Assembly (NCBI GenBank): GCA_002633005.1
Contig: NMRA01000127.1
Span: 1-64,000, forward strand
Length of the DNA stretch: 64,000 bases
Direction of reading: 5' to 3'
Source: Phoronis australis
Taxonomy: Eukaryota > Animalia > Phoronida
The translations under genes and the position numbers were made by a program. Of this stretch, positions 1 to 12,440 are shown piece by piece. The stretch's first letter is position 1; the number at the start of each line of letters is the position of its first letter. A model generated the notes under the pieces. It saw nothing but the letters and a program-made list of their open reading frames with translations. It ran no database searches and was not told the origin of the DNA.

Positions 1-460
1 GGGCAGTTGAAGTAAACCTTCTTAAAACAAGTAAATCGTAAAAAGCGGGTAGCATTTTTTTGTCCTTTAGAGTTGACAGATGGTATTTCCAGGAAAACAC
101 CCACCTCAATACACTCTGAACAAACTTCAACTCACCAAAAATTCACTTGGCAGTTCTTAACCCAAAAAATCAACAAGCAACAAACCATGGCCCATGTTGC
201 TAGTGTACAGTGTGCAACATGTACACTATGCCATTACTCAAGTCAAAAGCAACTTGATTAACGTAACGCCATATTAGAATGAAAATTTCTGCAAAACTAA
301 ATTTGTGTTAAGACATCTAAGAAAATTTGATGATTTTTTAATAATAAGTATGAGGAGTCAGACAGACAATTTTCAATATTCATTTGGCGTAGAAGCCTAA
401 ATTTCATGGAAATTTGTGGATTCATGAAACTGACAAAAAATCTTATTAAAATAAATCTTA

Positions 461-783
461 CCGTATTCGCCGTAATAACCGCCCAGGGCGCTTAGAAAAG
501 TTCGGTTCAGGGGGGCGCTTATTATAACCCAAGGAGTGTATAGTAACGGCTAAATACCGACATAGTGGCAAGGCTCGTGGTCTACAAATTCTGCGCACAA
601 TGATTTTTTCAAGACTGTCGGATATTATTGATAAATTGATGACGTTACTATAGAATTTTTGGACTGTAGGTAAGACATTTTTCTCACGTACACGTTCATG
701 GACTGGGTGCTTATTTTAGCATAAGTCTGAAAACGCGTGGGGGGAGCTTATAGGGGAATGGGCGGTTATTACAGCGAATACGG
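461..783. mobile_element. Non-autonomous MITE, Tc1/mariner-pogo type (TA target site duplication)
   Basis: Terminal inverted repeats CCGTATTCGCCGTAATAACCGCCC (461-484) and GGGCGGTTATTACAGCGAATACGG (760-783), one mismatch. Flanked by TA at 459-460 and 784-785. No coding capacity. Confidence 0.8.
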
Positions 784-2770
784 TATATCAAAAAAAAACT
801 AAGCTTTGTCAACTGGTAAAAATATATATTTTCTGAGAAAAACAAAGACCAGGAAATATAAATATACTGGCAAAACAAAACACTTGCAGTGGCTGATACC
901 ATGGTAAAAAAATTAACTTCTTGCGGCATCAAGATTGATGACAAGTGTTATCAGACTCCTTACTTTCGACGGACGTATCACTCATTTTTAATCGCTCAGT
1001 TATTTTTAGTCACAAGTATGTAAATATTTACAGTTTTCCGAAACCGAAACTGAACGGTTCCGCGAAAAATGGGTTAGTCACGTTACGCTGTGGTAGTTAT
1101 GCTTAAAGGCTTATTTAACGGCATGCCGCGCTATTTCAGTATCTCTTAGATAAATAAGTCCCTGTTGTATCGTCTGTGTGCATACTGAGCTAGACGTATA
1201 CCCTTGGACGTTTTGCCTCAAAGAAGATGCAAACGCCTTAACTTGTTTTCAAAAACCTAGCTAATTTAAGGCGGTGGGCAATGTTTGTGCAAATCAGTTC
1301 CTGGTAATTAAGATACTAGAAAAGAGTGATTACTCACTAGTTTCTGTTTTGAAAGTTCAATGGGAAACGAAATTGCGGATGTTCTCGATTAGCTAGGGCA
1401 CCTTGCCCCACGTACCCTACCCAGTGCTACCGGTACTCGAAGTTTTGTGGTGAGAGTACTGTGGTCGCTAATTGTATGTTGTGGCGAGTTTCGCTAATTT
1501 TGCCATTTTGACCCCTAACAATTCCTTGCTATGCTTTACCCCTCAGGCATACACTGGTTGGCTGACTGTTATAGGTAAATGATTAACTTTCTATTAACTC
1601 ATACACCACGAAAGAGTTTTACGCGCGTTTTAACAGCCGCTTTTTTAAAAACTCCCACGCGTTGTGTTTTACTTGTGTCTCGCTGTTTGTCTTTACATGT
1701 ATAGAGAACCGTGGTAAGTAGATTAACTTTGCCTTGCATTTGTTTCCGCTAACGTTCACAAGCTGTTTGTAGGTTCAGCTTACAGACCTGTTTTTTGAAC
1801 AAGCTTGCCAGCTAGGTGCAAGGGAGCCAGCTGGTTACCGTGACTGCGCGTCAAATACAGTACTCAGCTCAAACTATGCAAGATTGGTTTACTGACTGGG
1901 AATCTGTAAGAAAAACAGGAGATTCGTGATTGGGCTTCAGAAACGAGATTTATTTTATTAAAATGCATGTCAATCTCCAGAACGTCTGACCGTCATTCGG
2001 CGCATACCTTGTCCACTACAGCTATGTAAAAAGTCAATTGCTTGCGTCGCCTTACAACAAAAAGATATTTTTAGTCGATTTGAAAACACTACGCTCGTGA
2101 CAAGCGCACGAGCAGTTTTGTTTTGATTACAAGATACGACTTCTATCAGAGTTGATAAAAACCAAACATTTCTATTCAATCATACAAAAGAAACGGAATT
2201 TTCCAAACGTTCAGCTTCGGGTGTTCAGCACAGTATGTAAATCCGCCTGGCGGCCATTTTTCATTATTTTGGTTTACGATATAACTTTGCTGTCTCTGCA
2301 ATAATTTTTCATTTTTTTCTTTGGACAGATCATTTTACCGCCTATTTGAAATGTGATATTTTTTCTCTGTCTCTAGTTATCGAGATTTTCCGTTGAATGC
2401 TCTCCAATAAATTGAGGTTTTTCGGTATATTCGGCATCCCTTGACGTCTGATGATAATATTGTGGACAGACCGCTTAAAGCGCCATCAGCCGAGTGAAAC
2501 TCGTTTTTTTGCGGCGACTTACCGTTCTCAAGATATTCAAGATTTAATGTTTACATATAGATGTCTGTTCTATTGAATTATTTCAAGCTAAACTATCATA
2601 TTGGTGCTAGCGATCACATTTTCCTTTGATGGACATGAAATCTACGTAAATGTTTATCTGGTCAATAGGTCGAGGTATGTGGTTGTGGGGGGGGGGGAAT
2701 CGGACGCACNCCATGGCCCCCCTAAAACTCTATACCATTTCACAGTTCGGGTGCGAATTGCTGACTAGCA

Positions 2771-2902
2771 CATGCGCGCAACCAGGGGGCAAACAATGCA
2801 TAGGCTCTGAACAAACCCTGTTTACTTTTTTAGTCAAAAGGTCCGCAAACCCAAAAATTCGGGACCGCTCCATTCCTACATTTTAGCCTGGAAGCGCGCA
2901 TC
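2771..2902. mobile_element. Short CATG-ended MITE variant
   Basis: Ends CATGCGCGCAACCAGG ... CCTGGAAGCGCGCATC form imperfect inverted repeats resembling the TIR of the 25543-25787 element. No clear TSD. Confidence 0.45.
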
Positions 2903-3615
2903 TGCCGAAAATTCTAGTTATTCCTGTGCCTTACCCCCATCTCAAAATCCTGGATCCGCCCCTGGATTGCGCTTTGATAACATTTTTAATTTAGATTTAC
3001 CTGTTCAGTTTGTGAAGCTCTAGCGATCCTGTGAACGAAACTTTTCAAATTTCGTATTTCCTGTAAATGGATCTCCTCACGGGCTCCATCGAAGGATATT
3101 TTGATTTTTAATTTAATCTCATTTTTTCGAGTAAGGGTGACATAATCTTTTGATGAATTCAATTTCAAAGGCCAAACAATTCGAAAAATCACCAATTTTA
3201 GTCCATGATATACATGCAGTCTATCATTTTAATTTAATCAATGTTTTGTTGCCACGAAGCCATCGCTAATGAGGCAGTTGTTCTACTACATAAGGCAGGA
3301 TCATAGATCAGATCGATTCCTTGATGAGCAAGTCACTTATATTAGCGACAATAGGAACTGTAGGAATTGACCAAAGCGCGACGAGTTTCTGATGCCCACT
3401 GAGTGGTGGCGCTGTGGCACGACTTGCATAAGATTATGAACTCTGTCTCGGGCAAGCTATTATCGTCTGATATCTACTTCAGGATCCGCGAGAGTAACAA
3501 ATCGGAGCTCGAGTTCAGTGGTACAGTGAAAGAATATTAGCCTCAGTTCACGTCTGTTGCTCTGCCTGAGATCAGCTCTGTAGTTTCATCCATAGCTGCA
3601 AACTTCCAAGAAGCA

Positions 3616-3869
3616 ATGGGCAGTAAGGGGGGTGAACAAGTCGACGTCAAGCGTATTGAAGGGATTGTCCAAGCCATCATGAAGGGGCGTGACGTTCCCG
3701 GTCTCGGACTGGCCATAGTCAAAGACAAGAAGACCATCTTGAAACGTGGTTACGGCTTGGCGGACATTGAAAATAAAGTCAAAGTGACTGATGATTCATT
3801 GTTTCCTATTGCTTCCATGTCAAAGCAGATGTCTGCAACCCTTCTTGCTATTTTGATGAATGAAAAAGG
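3616..3869 (+). CDS. Serine beta-lactamase/peptidase S12-like hydrolase, exon 1 of 5 (spliced CDS 3616-3869, 8964-9131, 11075-11341, 15939-16198, 17000-17619; 522 aa)
   Basis: Translation VPGLGLAIVKDKKTILKRGYGLADIE...DSLFPIASMSK is the family N-terminus with the catalytic SxxK motif. In-frame TAG upstream at 3538-3540. Donor GG|GTGAGC (phase 2) joins exon 2 in frame. Confidence 0.9.
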
Positions 3870-5207
3870 GTGAGCATTTTTTGTCTAACTGGACGTGAGG
3901 AGATGTTTTGCAATTCATACACACTATCAGATTTGCGGGAACTGTTACCAAACCACCACAATACTCTGAGACTAAAAAACGGTGCTAAATTATCTTTAGC
4001 CTCAAACGCAAGAGTTGAGTTCATAGTCTATGGAGTTGGCGAACAAAAATTTCATTGACGCACTGTTGTTAACTCGGGCTTAAAAATTTAAATTGCAGTC
4101 GCGACAGTGCCCTTTACATTCAGTTTCAGCGGGACAATACGTTACAGCCGATCAATACTAACATATAGTTGGTTCTGGTTTTAGACCAAATCAATAAAAA
4201 GCGTCTGGACTCTCAGTGTGTATTATACAGTGATGTAAATATGACATCGGTAGCTAGTATACTAACGTTTGTTATGTTACCACTAGGGTCAAGCATATTG
4301 TGCGTGATAATGTACAGATCCCAACCGTGGATTTATGTGTTTGGCTTGCAATTAACCGTATTGCTAGTCGCCGCGAACGAGCTGAAGTAGCAGACAAAGT
4401 CACACTCATCAAAATGCCACCCAAAAATGTACGGAAAAAGACGAATTTTTTAACGTGTCCCAAAGGTCTTCTCAATTGGCCCAGGCATTTGAGGCCCTGT
4501 CGGTCAGTTGATTTATGCATGGCCACGCTTTTGTAAAATCATACCAGACGGCCATGAAAGCTGTTCTGCCGCGACTGCACTGAGCTGTCGTAAGAGTCTA
4601 GCTGGCATTTGAAGGACAACCGTTGCAACCAACACGCAATTGAGTGGGTGCTGGCACGGTTAATTTTGGGAGTCCCGCGGCATGAGATGGTCCTGCTCTC
4701 CCACAAAAATTATCGACGGTCGAGGCGACTGGAGGGACAAAATCGCTTTCCTCATTCAGGGGAGTCACCAGGTGGTCCAAACACGATCTGTATATTTTCC
4801 GACATTTAAAAATTCCCGTGCATCGTTTACCTCTACAACTTGAGTGTAGTGTTGGATTTTTAGCCGGGCATCCGATTTTCGTGATTGTTTCATGGTGACA
4901 AAAGGGTATTCAAGCCGAACAGATAAAAAGCAGTTTTAGTCCGGCGGCCTCTCTGGTGTACATGTATTTTCTTTGAAACTGTCGTCTCAACCCACCATTA
5001 CAGGTCAAGTCCCACTCGGTCACGGGGTTCATGTATTGTCGTTGTATTATTATATGTTAACCCATACCCCACTGTAATGGGTACTTATCAAGACAGCAAT
5101 AGTAGCGTAGTCCACTACGTCTGCCAGAATTTGAATCACGCCACATAAATAAAAAGGCCAAGTGGCAACATTTCTACTGTACTTGTCTTAGTAATCGACC
5201 TGTTCTC

Positions 5208-5241
5208 GGAATTTCCTGACGTCATCTTGCATATTGAGTCA
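5208..5241. promoter_or_regulatory. Candidate intronic enhancer: kappaB-like site, CRE and AP-1 cluster
   Basis: GGAATTTCC (5208-5216) directly abuts TGACGTCA (5217-5224), followed by TGAGTCA (5235-5241). Motif matches only. Confidence 0.3.
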
Positions 5242-5399
5242 GACTTCCCGATTCCTTGACGAACTCAACGTTGCCGATTCTGATGTTTATCTTTAGAACA
5301 TTCCCGATTCTGAGACGAGGAAAACGTTGCTGTGCTGAGTTAGACCGTTTATTTTAAGAATATCGATTACTGGTTTTGTAAAATAGGTTTGCATGCTTA

Positions 5400-5990
5400 G
5401 ATGTCATAGTTTTTACAATGACCCAATGAGAAACTGGGTTGAATTTGACATTGTTTATGCCTTTGGCTGAACCAAGGCATTGTGGATAATGTTGACTACA
5501 ATTTGCCTTGCTCTCTGTTGGTGACTTGGCGATAATTTCCACCACATCGGTGATCGTGAACAGACTGTTTGTAGGAATCTAATGGAGTCCACACGGAAAT
5601 AGAACAAAGATGGGTAATTACCATCACTAACGAGAAACTGAAATTAGGACTGGTCTTGTAGGTCTTTGACTGAAACACAGTTATTGTATTGAACCACAAC
5701 TATAATTTTGTACTATAGTCTATAGTACAAGTGGCAATTTTAGCAAATTGTGACAATTTGGGCCTGCACAGTGCACGACTGAAGGAAGGGATTTGGCCGC
5801 TTGAGGTGGAGACGGCGCGGTTTCGAGGAGGCCCTATTTGTGAAAGAGTACATGAACTACATTCATGCGGTAAAGTTGAAGACGGCCATCGTTTTGCTTT
5901 TTTTCAGATTTCTGTGAGAAACCCCTCTAATTCGTATCTGGTGAAAATAATTTTGAAATATTTGATAATTTCATTCGTCAAGGTTTAAAA
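5400..5990 (+). mobile_element. Decayed 3' end of a non-LTR retrotransposon (LINE ORF2 C-terminal zinc-finger region)
   Basis: ARLKEGIWPLEVETARFRGGPICERVHELHSCGKVEDGHRFAF resembles the LINE C-terminal pattern RLRxGxLPLxxETGRxxxxPxxERxCxxCxxxxVEDExHF, with cysteines lost. Boundaries approximate. Confidence 0.55.
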
Positions 5991-6275
5991 TAAGAGAACT
6001 TTTAGTGCACAATTAGTCTTGTGTAGGTCCTTGGCTGCTGTTGCATTGAAGGATACTATAGTGTATACCCAAGTGTCGCTGGAGCTGCCAGTTTTCATTA
6101 TGTTGCACTTAAACAAAATTCATTTCGCTGTAAACCATACACCTATGCCACTATAAAAATACATGAACTCTACTTCGGAAATAACTCTTCGTACCGGAAA
6201 TTTCTGAATATAAAAAGGACGGAATACGACCTTTCAAAAACGTCAAATATATCCGAATATACGCTCGGGCGTATT

Positions 6276-7550
6276 TTTATGCGTCCGCATATTTATATGG
6301 GGACGCCGTCATCTCCGTCCGTCCGTCCGTCCGTCCGGCGTCCGCTGCTCTATCTCCAAAACCCGCCCTTTGACATACGTTCATGAAATTTGGCATATAT
6401 GTTCCATTCATTAATGGGACGGCATGAGCAAACTTTCGGACGGATCCGACTACCGGTGTGCCCCCTAGTGGCAATTTTAGTTTTTTACGCTTACCTTTGT
6501 ATCTTCAAAAGTCCTGAACGGATTTTCATGAAATTTGGTATGGAGGCACCTATTAGTGAGATGACGCTATCTTCCCGTTTTCGGATGGATTCGACGTAGT
6601 TTGCGACACCTAGTGGCCATTTTTACTGTTTTCGAGTCTGTCTTTTGCGTTCACCCCTATATCAACCAAACCGCTCAAAGGATGATTGTGAAAATTGACC
6701 TGTGTGTGCTTACTATGAAGAGGACGGTTGACGATGATTTTCCGACGATTTCGACTACTGTGCGCCTCCTAGTGGCAGTTTTGTTTTGTTGCGCCCATGG
6801 CTGTATCTCCTAAACCGTTCGCAGGATCTTTACTTAATTTAGCAAGTGTATTTATGTGATCTTGACTACGGATGGCGACGACTTTCAGACAGATCTGAAT
6901 ACTGCTGTACCCCCTAGTGTCAATTTTAGTTTTTTACGTTTAACTCAGTATCTTCAAAGGTCCTCAACAGATTTTCATAAAATTTTAAATATAGGCATCT
7001 ATTGGTGTGATGATGCTATCTGCTTGTCTTTGGATGGAATCGAGGTATTTTGCACCACTTAGTGGCCACTTTTGCTGTTTTCAAATCTTGTTTTTGGTGT
7101 CCATCCCTGTATCAACCAAATCATTTGAAAATTGGCATATATGTTCTCAGTGTGAAGATGACCTATGATGATGGTGACTGATTACTGTGGCGCCTACTAG
7201 TGGTAGTTTTGTTTTGCGCCCATAGTTGTATCTCTTAAACCCACTGCAGGATCTTTACTAAATTTAGTAAGTGTATTTATATGAAGAAAACAACAGACGA
7301 CGACCACTTTCAGGCGGATCCAACGGACACTGTGCCCACTAGTGGCAATTTCATTTTATTCTGTTTTCCTTTGTTTCTCTGAAGTTCCTTGATAGATTTT
7401 TATGAAATATGGTATGTTCTCGTTTTTGGGTGGATTGTATGTTTTTGCGCCATTTAGTTTCCATTTTTTATGATACAAATAATCAACCCTAAAAGTACAC
7501 CATTTGCAATGCATTCGTGGGCGCATTTCACCGCTCCGCGTTGCTCTTGT
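6276..7550 (+). mobile_element. Non-autonomous Helentron/DINE-1-like element (HINE) with internal tandem repeats
   Basis: Starts in a T run. 5' subterminal repeat ATGCGTCCGC (6279-6288) pairs with GTGGGCGCAT (7517-7526). (GTCC)n microsatellite at about 6314-6336. Internal ~145-bp tandem units. Short 3' hairpin CACCGC-TCC-GCGTTG followed by CTCTTGT|T. This is the standard HINE architecture. Confidence 0.75.
6345..7420 (+). repeat. Diverged tandem array of ~140-160 bp units with ~440-bp trimeric higher-order structure
   Basis: TAGTGG-containing cores at about 6466, 6611, 6770, 6915, 7060, 7198 and 7340. Units 1/4/7, 2/5 and 3/6 resemble each other more than they resemble their neighbours. Confidence 0.8.
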
Positions 7551-8963
7551 TGGAAAAGGGGGCGTCTTTTCGAAAACTATTTTAAACATTTTGTGTTGCA
7601 GTTGTTTTTAAAGAAAAGTTATTAGTAATTTTAAAGTCGATATGTCCTTTTTAATGCACGTAGTTGTAAACCACTAGTAAAAAAATTATTCGTCCATACC
7701 TGTTTGGCACTCGAGCAAACACAACGTGTTAAAGGTCTCCTTCATGCTATCCGAACAACCCATCAGATTTTGGCAAGTCATGCTAACTACCGAAAATACG
7801 CCCATGCGTTTGAAAATTTTTCCGAAAATACGCATGGCTACTGGACCACTCGCAGTGACGATCCACAACTGGTCGAAGTAAGAGAATGCTCTTGTGTGGC
7901 TTCGGTAACGTTGGGCTCCATCTTGTTTTGGGGATTTCGGGAATAGAAGGGGTGCAAACGCCAAAACATTTCATGGGGGAGCGGTGCAGTTGTATCTTGT
8001 AGCAAAGGGTACTGAGGAACACTGACGCACTTCCAACATGCGATGGAAGGTGTACGGTGAGTGTAGAATCTACGTTGGGCATTTAGGGTGGTTGTGGTTT
8101 GCACTAACGTCCTGCATACGCGAAGGCAGTAACTACACGAAAACCACCATTCGGTTGGCTTGAGTTACACTCCTTCTCCAGGAGTAAACAAACTTCGAAA
8201 TTGATGTTTCTGTGAATGTGCACTACGCAGATGATTTAAACATTTTTATACGAATTATTAATCTGTTGAATGAAGTATACGAAAAGATGGTCACGTGATA
8301 AACCATAGCAACATTTAACCATGATGCCCTTTGAACGTTGAGCTGTACCGCGTTCCGTAACGATAGAAATGTTTGATACTCGACCATCCTTCGAGAATCT
8401 TCTCCTCTTTGACGAATTTTACTTTCACCATTCGTCCATCACTTACTAATCGGGCTTCAACGACCAATAACTCTCGTAGAGATTTCGCTTGTGTGTGCGT
8501 GTGAGGTGGCGAGCTTATTTGTGAAACAATTCGCCTTCACTCGCGTGATCTAACCAAATTTGTAAAAAAATGCCCTTCTTAACGTATGCTGGTAATTTAC
8601 TTCAACCAAATCTAACGTACGTGTGTCACAAGTAGCTGACTAGTCCGTCTACTACTCCCACTTGATTGTTTCTATACGATGACAACTAACTTAGAAATGC
8701 TTCGCAGCTCGGAAGGTGTATTCCCGTTACGTGTTAGTCTGTTCGTACATCTATGGCACTCATGTCAGCTACGATGTCCTTTCAATTTGAAGACTTCTGA
8801 AGTTGTGATTGAATTTAATTGAACTTGAAAAGTATCCAGTTAGATCCCTTCTCTCGTTTAAATATGTTTTGATTTTCATCGCGCATGCTCTCTGACTTTA
8901 TAATTGCACCTTCTGTCGCATTTATTTTATTATTTCGTGCTCATAAATCATTCTACTCCTTAG

Positions 8964-9131
8964 TATTTCCTGGACAACCAAAGTGAAAGATATCCTAGAG
9001 GACTTCAAACTGCTTGATGACTACATCACCCGGGAGGCGACAATTGATGATTTAGTGGCCCACAGAACAGGTCTGGCACAGTGTGACTTCGCGTGGCTTA
9101 ATGGCGAGTTTTCTCGCGAGGAAGGATACAG
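8964..9131 (+). CDS. Beta-lactamase/S12-like hydrolase, exon 2
   Basis: Acceptor CTCCTTAG|T, donor AG|GTATAT. Encodes ISWTTKVKDILEDFKLLDDYITREATIDDLVAHRTGL, the family T(I/L)xDLLxHRxGL motif. Confidence 0.9.
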
Positions 9132-10045
9132 GTATATTTTACAGCGCCTAATTAAAATGAAAATTATAAGACAACTCATGTAAACTCCTATCCAGGTCGC
9201 TCACCATGTACTTCCGCCATCTTCCCGAGTTCGACTATAAACTCCTCCCCGTCACCATCACTGTTTACTTCTATTCGTGGCCAGTTTAAACACACGACCT
9301 GTCGCCAGCAACTGAAGATCTCCCTCTGAAGCTTTTAAAGACATATGAAACCCGTCCACAGGAAAGGACTGCTCCAAAATCTCGATTATTAGATAAATTT
9401 ACTAGTAGAACCAGCAAGAAAATGTCATGATTTTGTCTGAGGTAGATAAGTGGAGTAAACTCTAATCAGCTTCCCCATTGCAACTACTACAAATATCGTT
9501 TTGTTTTGCAAAGTTCAAAGACTGTTTTACTGCTTTTCAAATAAAAGCTGTTTTTTACAGTCACGATCGGCAAATGGGTTTAGGGGGATATTGTGTGCTC
9601 TACGAATTTATTTTGTACCAAAACACTATCATGTACTATCTTACTTGAATTGGGTCAGATTTTGCGGTATTTTCAGACGAAAAAAGCATGACGTTTTTGT
9701 GCGTCAAAAGACGTACCAAAGGACCATTTCTGGTGTTAATAATTTCTTCTGCTTCCCGTTCTCATAAATTGTCTCTTTGCCGAGCTGTTTTTGAGCCGAC
9801 TCACGAAATGTCGTCGATTTCCACGATATGTTGCCTAGCAGCGCTGAGTCAGCCGCTTTGTGGACGAGACAGTCTCGCCACCTGGTGTGCTACGCCAACA
9901 GCTGTTCCCTGCGCTCCAATTCACAACGCGGTGAATTATAAACAGATAGAAACGTCATTTTTACTTCTAGATGGAGTCCCGAAAACATTTTATGTTACGG
10001 CAATCGATATAATTTTAGAAGAGCAAATCATTGCATCATTCATTT

Positions 10046-10450
10046 GAAGAGGCATGGAACGCGAAAGCTCGCCAAAATATCTTTTAAACAATTTCTGACG
10101 AAAGTACCATCTTGTAACGTCTAGTACAGAGTAATTCACTTTCCCCTGTGAGGAAATTTACAGAAAAGGAAAAACTCTGTGGTTACCTCTGAGTTTCTAA
10201 TCTCCATACGCTCACAGTTGGCAAATCGTTTTTTGAAACTTGAAACTAAAAATGGTTTGATATCAACAGAAATTAAAAATGTTTACAAACAAACCCGGTT
10301 GAGCCGGTTGAATGATGTTTCAATACCAGAGAACCACTTTCACGATTGCATATTAGTCTGTTTATCGCTTTCCAGGCCTCTTTAACTTTCCGATTTCGGG
10401 AGCGGGTTAATTTTGCAAGTTACTTCTTCCAACTTTCGGTAACCACTACT
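10046..10450 (+). mobile_element. Internally deleted copy of the dispersed repeat at ~30925-32121, in opposite orientation
   Basis: GAGGCATGGAACGCGAAAGCTCG...GACGAAAGTACCATC...CTCTGTGGTTACC...GTTTATCGCTTTCCAGGCC matches the reverse complement of blocks in 31585-32121. Confidence 0.55.
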
Positions 10451-11074
10451 CGAACTCTGGGTCCTCATTTTCTTGAAACATCTACCTCTCTTGGTGTTAC
10501 AATATTGTTTTTCGTGAACGCCGAGAAGTATTGTCGCCTGGGCGATAATATATGCCGAGTGCGACAACATGTGCCGTTAACATCGACACATGCTGTCGCC
10601 CGGGCGGCAATGTTGTTGCGCTTGACAATTTGTATCGAGTGCGTTACTGTATGTCACCACAGCGATCTAAACGGCGAGCTGTAAACATTGTCAACTACCC
10701 TGCGGCGGTATTATACTTGGCATCAAATTTTGTAAAATTGTTTCTCCCTCTAGTAGGTGTCACCGACTGTGTTGCACATTTTCACTTTTATTCACACTCC
10801 GTCTACCAGCCGGTAACTGTGAAGTTCACAGCAGCGGTAGAGTCACAGAATTACCGTTACCCATTAAAGCATCACTGTTTGATTCAAAATTTGCTATTAC
10901 ATGTGCTTCGCTTGGGTAAATGGTTCTGGCCATCATCTGAAGAAATATTTTGAATTTTAGATCACAAATTGCCTCTTTTTGCTGCTGTCACTGAAGTGAT
11001 TTGCGGATTTCGCTATTTTAATCTTACTGGCATCTGCCGTTGCTGCAGCCGAGCTTTTGTTGTATTTGTTTCAG

Positions 11075-11341
11075 ACACCTGAGTTCCTTCTCCTCCAAAG
11101 AAATGTTCCGTGATAAGATTCTCTACAACAACATTGTGTACACAGTGTTGGGGAGGATCTGCGAGAAACTTGGGGGTAAACCTTGGGAAACCTTGATGGA
11201 AGAGCGACTTTTCCAACCTCTGGGCATGACCTCGTCCACGTTTTACGACAAACATGTTCCCGAGTTCAAGAACTTTGTGAAACCATATGGCAAGAACAGC
11301 AACAGCGACACCTTATGGCCAGTAGGTGCCCTGGCAGTTAG
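11075..11341 (+). CDS. Beta-lactamase/S12-like hydrolase, exon 3
   Basis: Acceptor TTTCAG|A, donor AG|GTAAGA. Encodes FRDKILYNNIVYTVLGRICEKLGGKPWETLMEERLFQPLGMTSS, containing YxN (YNN) and the FxPLGM motif. Confidence 0.92.
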
Positions 11342-12359
11342 GTAAGAGCACTTAATCTACATCATTTTTCGTAATTATTACAGTAATTTATCTTCGATCA
11401 AGCGAACCTGCCTGGACACTATTCGATGCACCCCTGGATTCCATCATACTTCAAACGATCCTTTTCTCTATGAAGCGTTCGACAAAAGTTCTCAAGGCTA
11501 TCTGATTATTCGGCCTTTTCCGCATTTCTTGAGCAAATGTGGATGTCTTGCGTTCTGTCGTTTTACCGTGCGTTCACTACAGTTCTACCCCGTCTTCGTA
11601 GAATTCTCTAGGTGGTTTCTCTTTTAGCAGGCTTTTGTCATTAATAACTACATGTACAGGGTGATTCTCCCGAAAAAGGACCCAATCTGTTGCAAATATT
11701 TTTTCTACTTGACCTATAGGGACCTACACAATTCTATTGCGAACAAACGCTTTAGCATGCCTTACGGAAAGATTGCTCAGCGCCGCTTCATTAACGTTCG
11801 TGAATATAATTTGGAGAAGCTAAACTGGTGACAATCAGGTGGAAGATACTTTTCCTAGCATAAAAACCTTCCTAGAATAAGACCGTAGTCCTGCCGTTTG
11901 GAAAAACATTTGAGTTTTTGACTTGGTTGGCTTTGGGGTGGTCATGTATTAAATACCAATAACAGTAACAAAAACAATAACAATAAGAACAACAATGAGC
12001 AGCAAACAGGGTCGCGCCGCACGTTTCACTTGTTTGCGTGACTTTCCTGTTACCCCAATTCATTGGTCATTCTTTGCAATATTTCACACCCGCCGTGTCT
12101 CACTGTGTGTGTCGTCAGCTTATACTATGTGATGGCATTACTGCGTCATTTTATCTTCACTTGAGAATGAAACAAGTATGTCTCGAAATAGCGTGTGTCT
12201 TTTAATTATGTCGCTAGGTCAGTTACTATATCTATGTTCAGTTGAGAGTGGTTTTGTTCCGAAAGTATGAACGCAACGGAATAAAGACTGTGAACAATGA
12301 AAAGTGTCGTGCATTTAACAAATTCTGTATAACAGAAAACTTGCTCGCGAAGTACCGTC

Positions 12360-12440
12360 AATAAAACAACAAGAACAATAATAATAATAAATAATAATAA
12401 TAACAACAACAACAATAATAGTAATACTAAATAATAAACA
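12360..12440. repeat. Compound (AAT/AAC)n microsatellite
   Basis: Runs of AATAATAAT and AACAACAAC. These explain the poly-Leu/Ile ORF at 12206-12514(-). Confidence 0.8.

Noticed and set aside
6345-7420. Regularly spaced short conserved motifs resembling a CRISPR array
   Set aside because: The intervening sequences are homologous to each other (tandem units of ~145 bp), there are no cas genes, and the context is a eukaryotic intron with Helentron ends.
7686-8104. Cluster of overlapping 80-99 aa ORFs
   Set aside because: No recognisable domain or consistent splice signals. Probably decayed repeat sequence.
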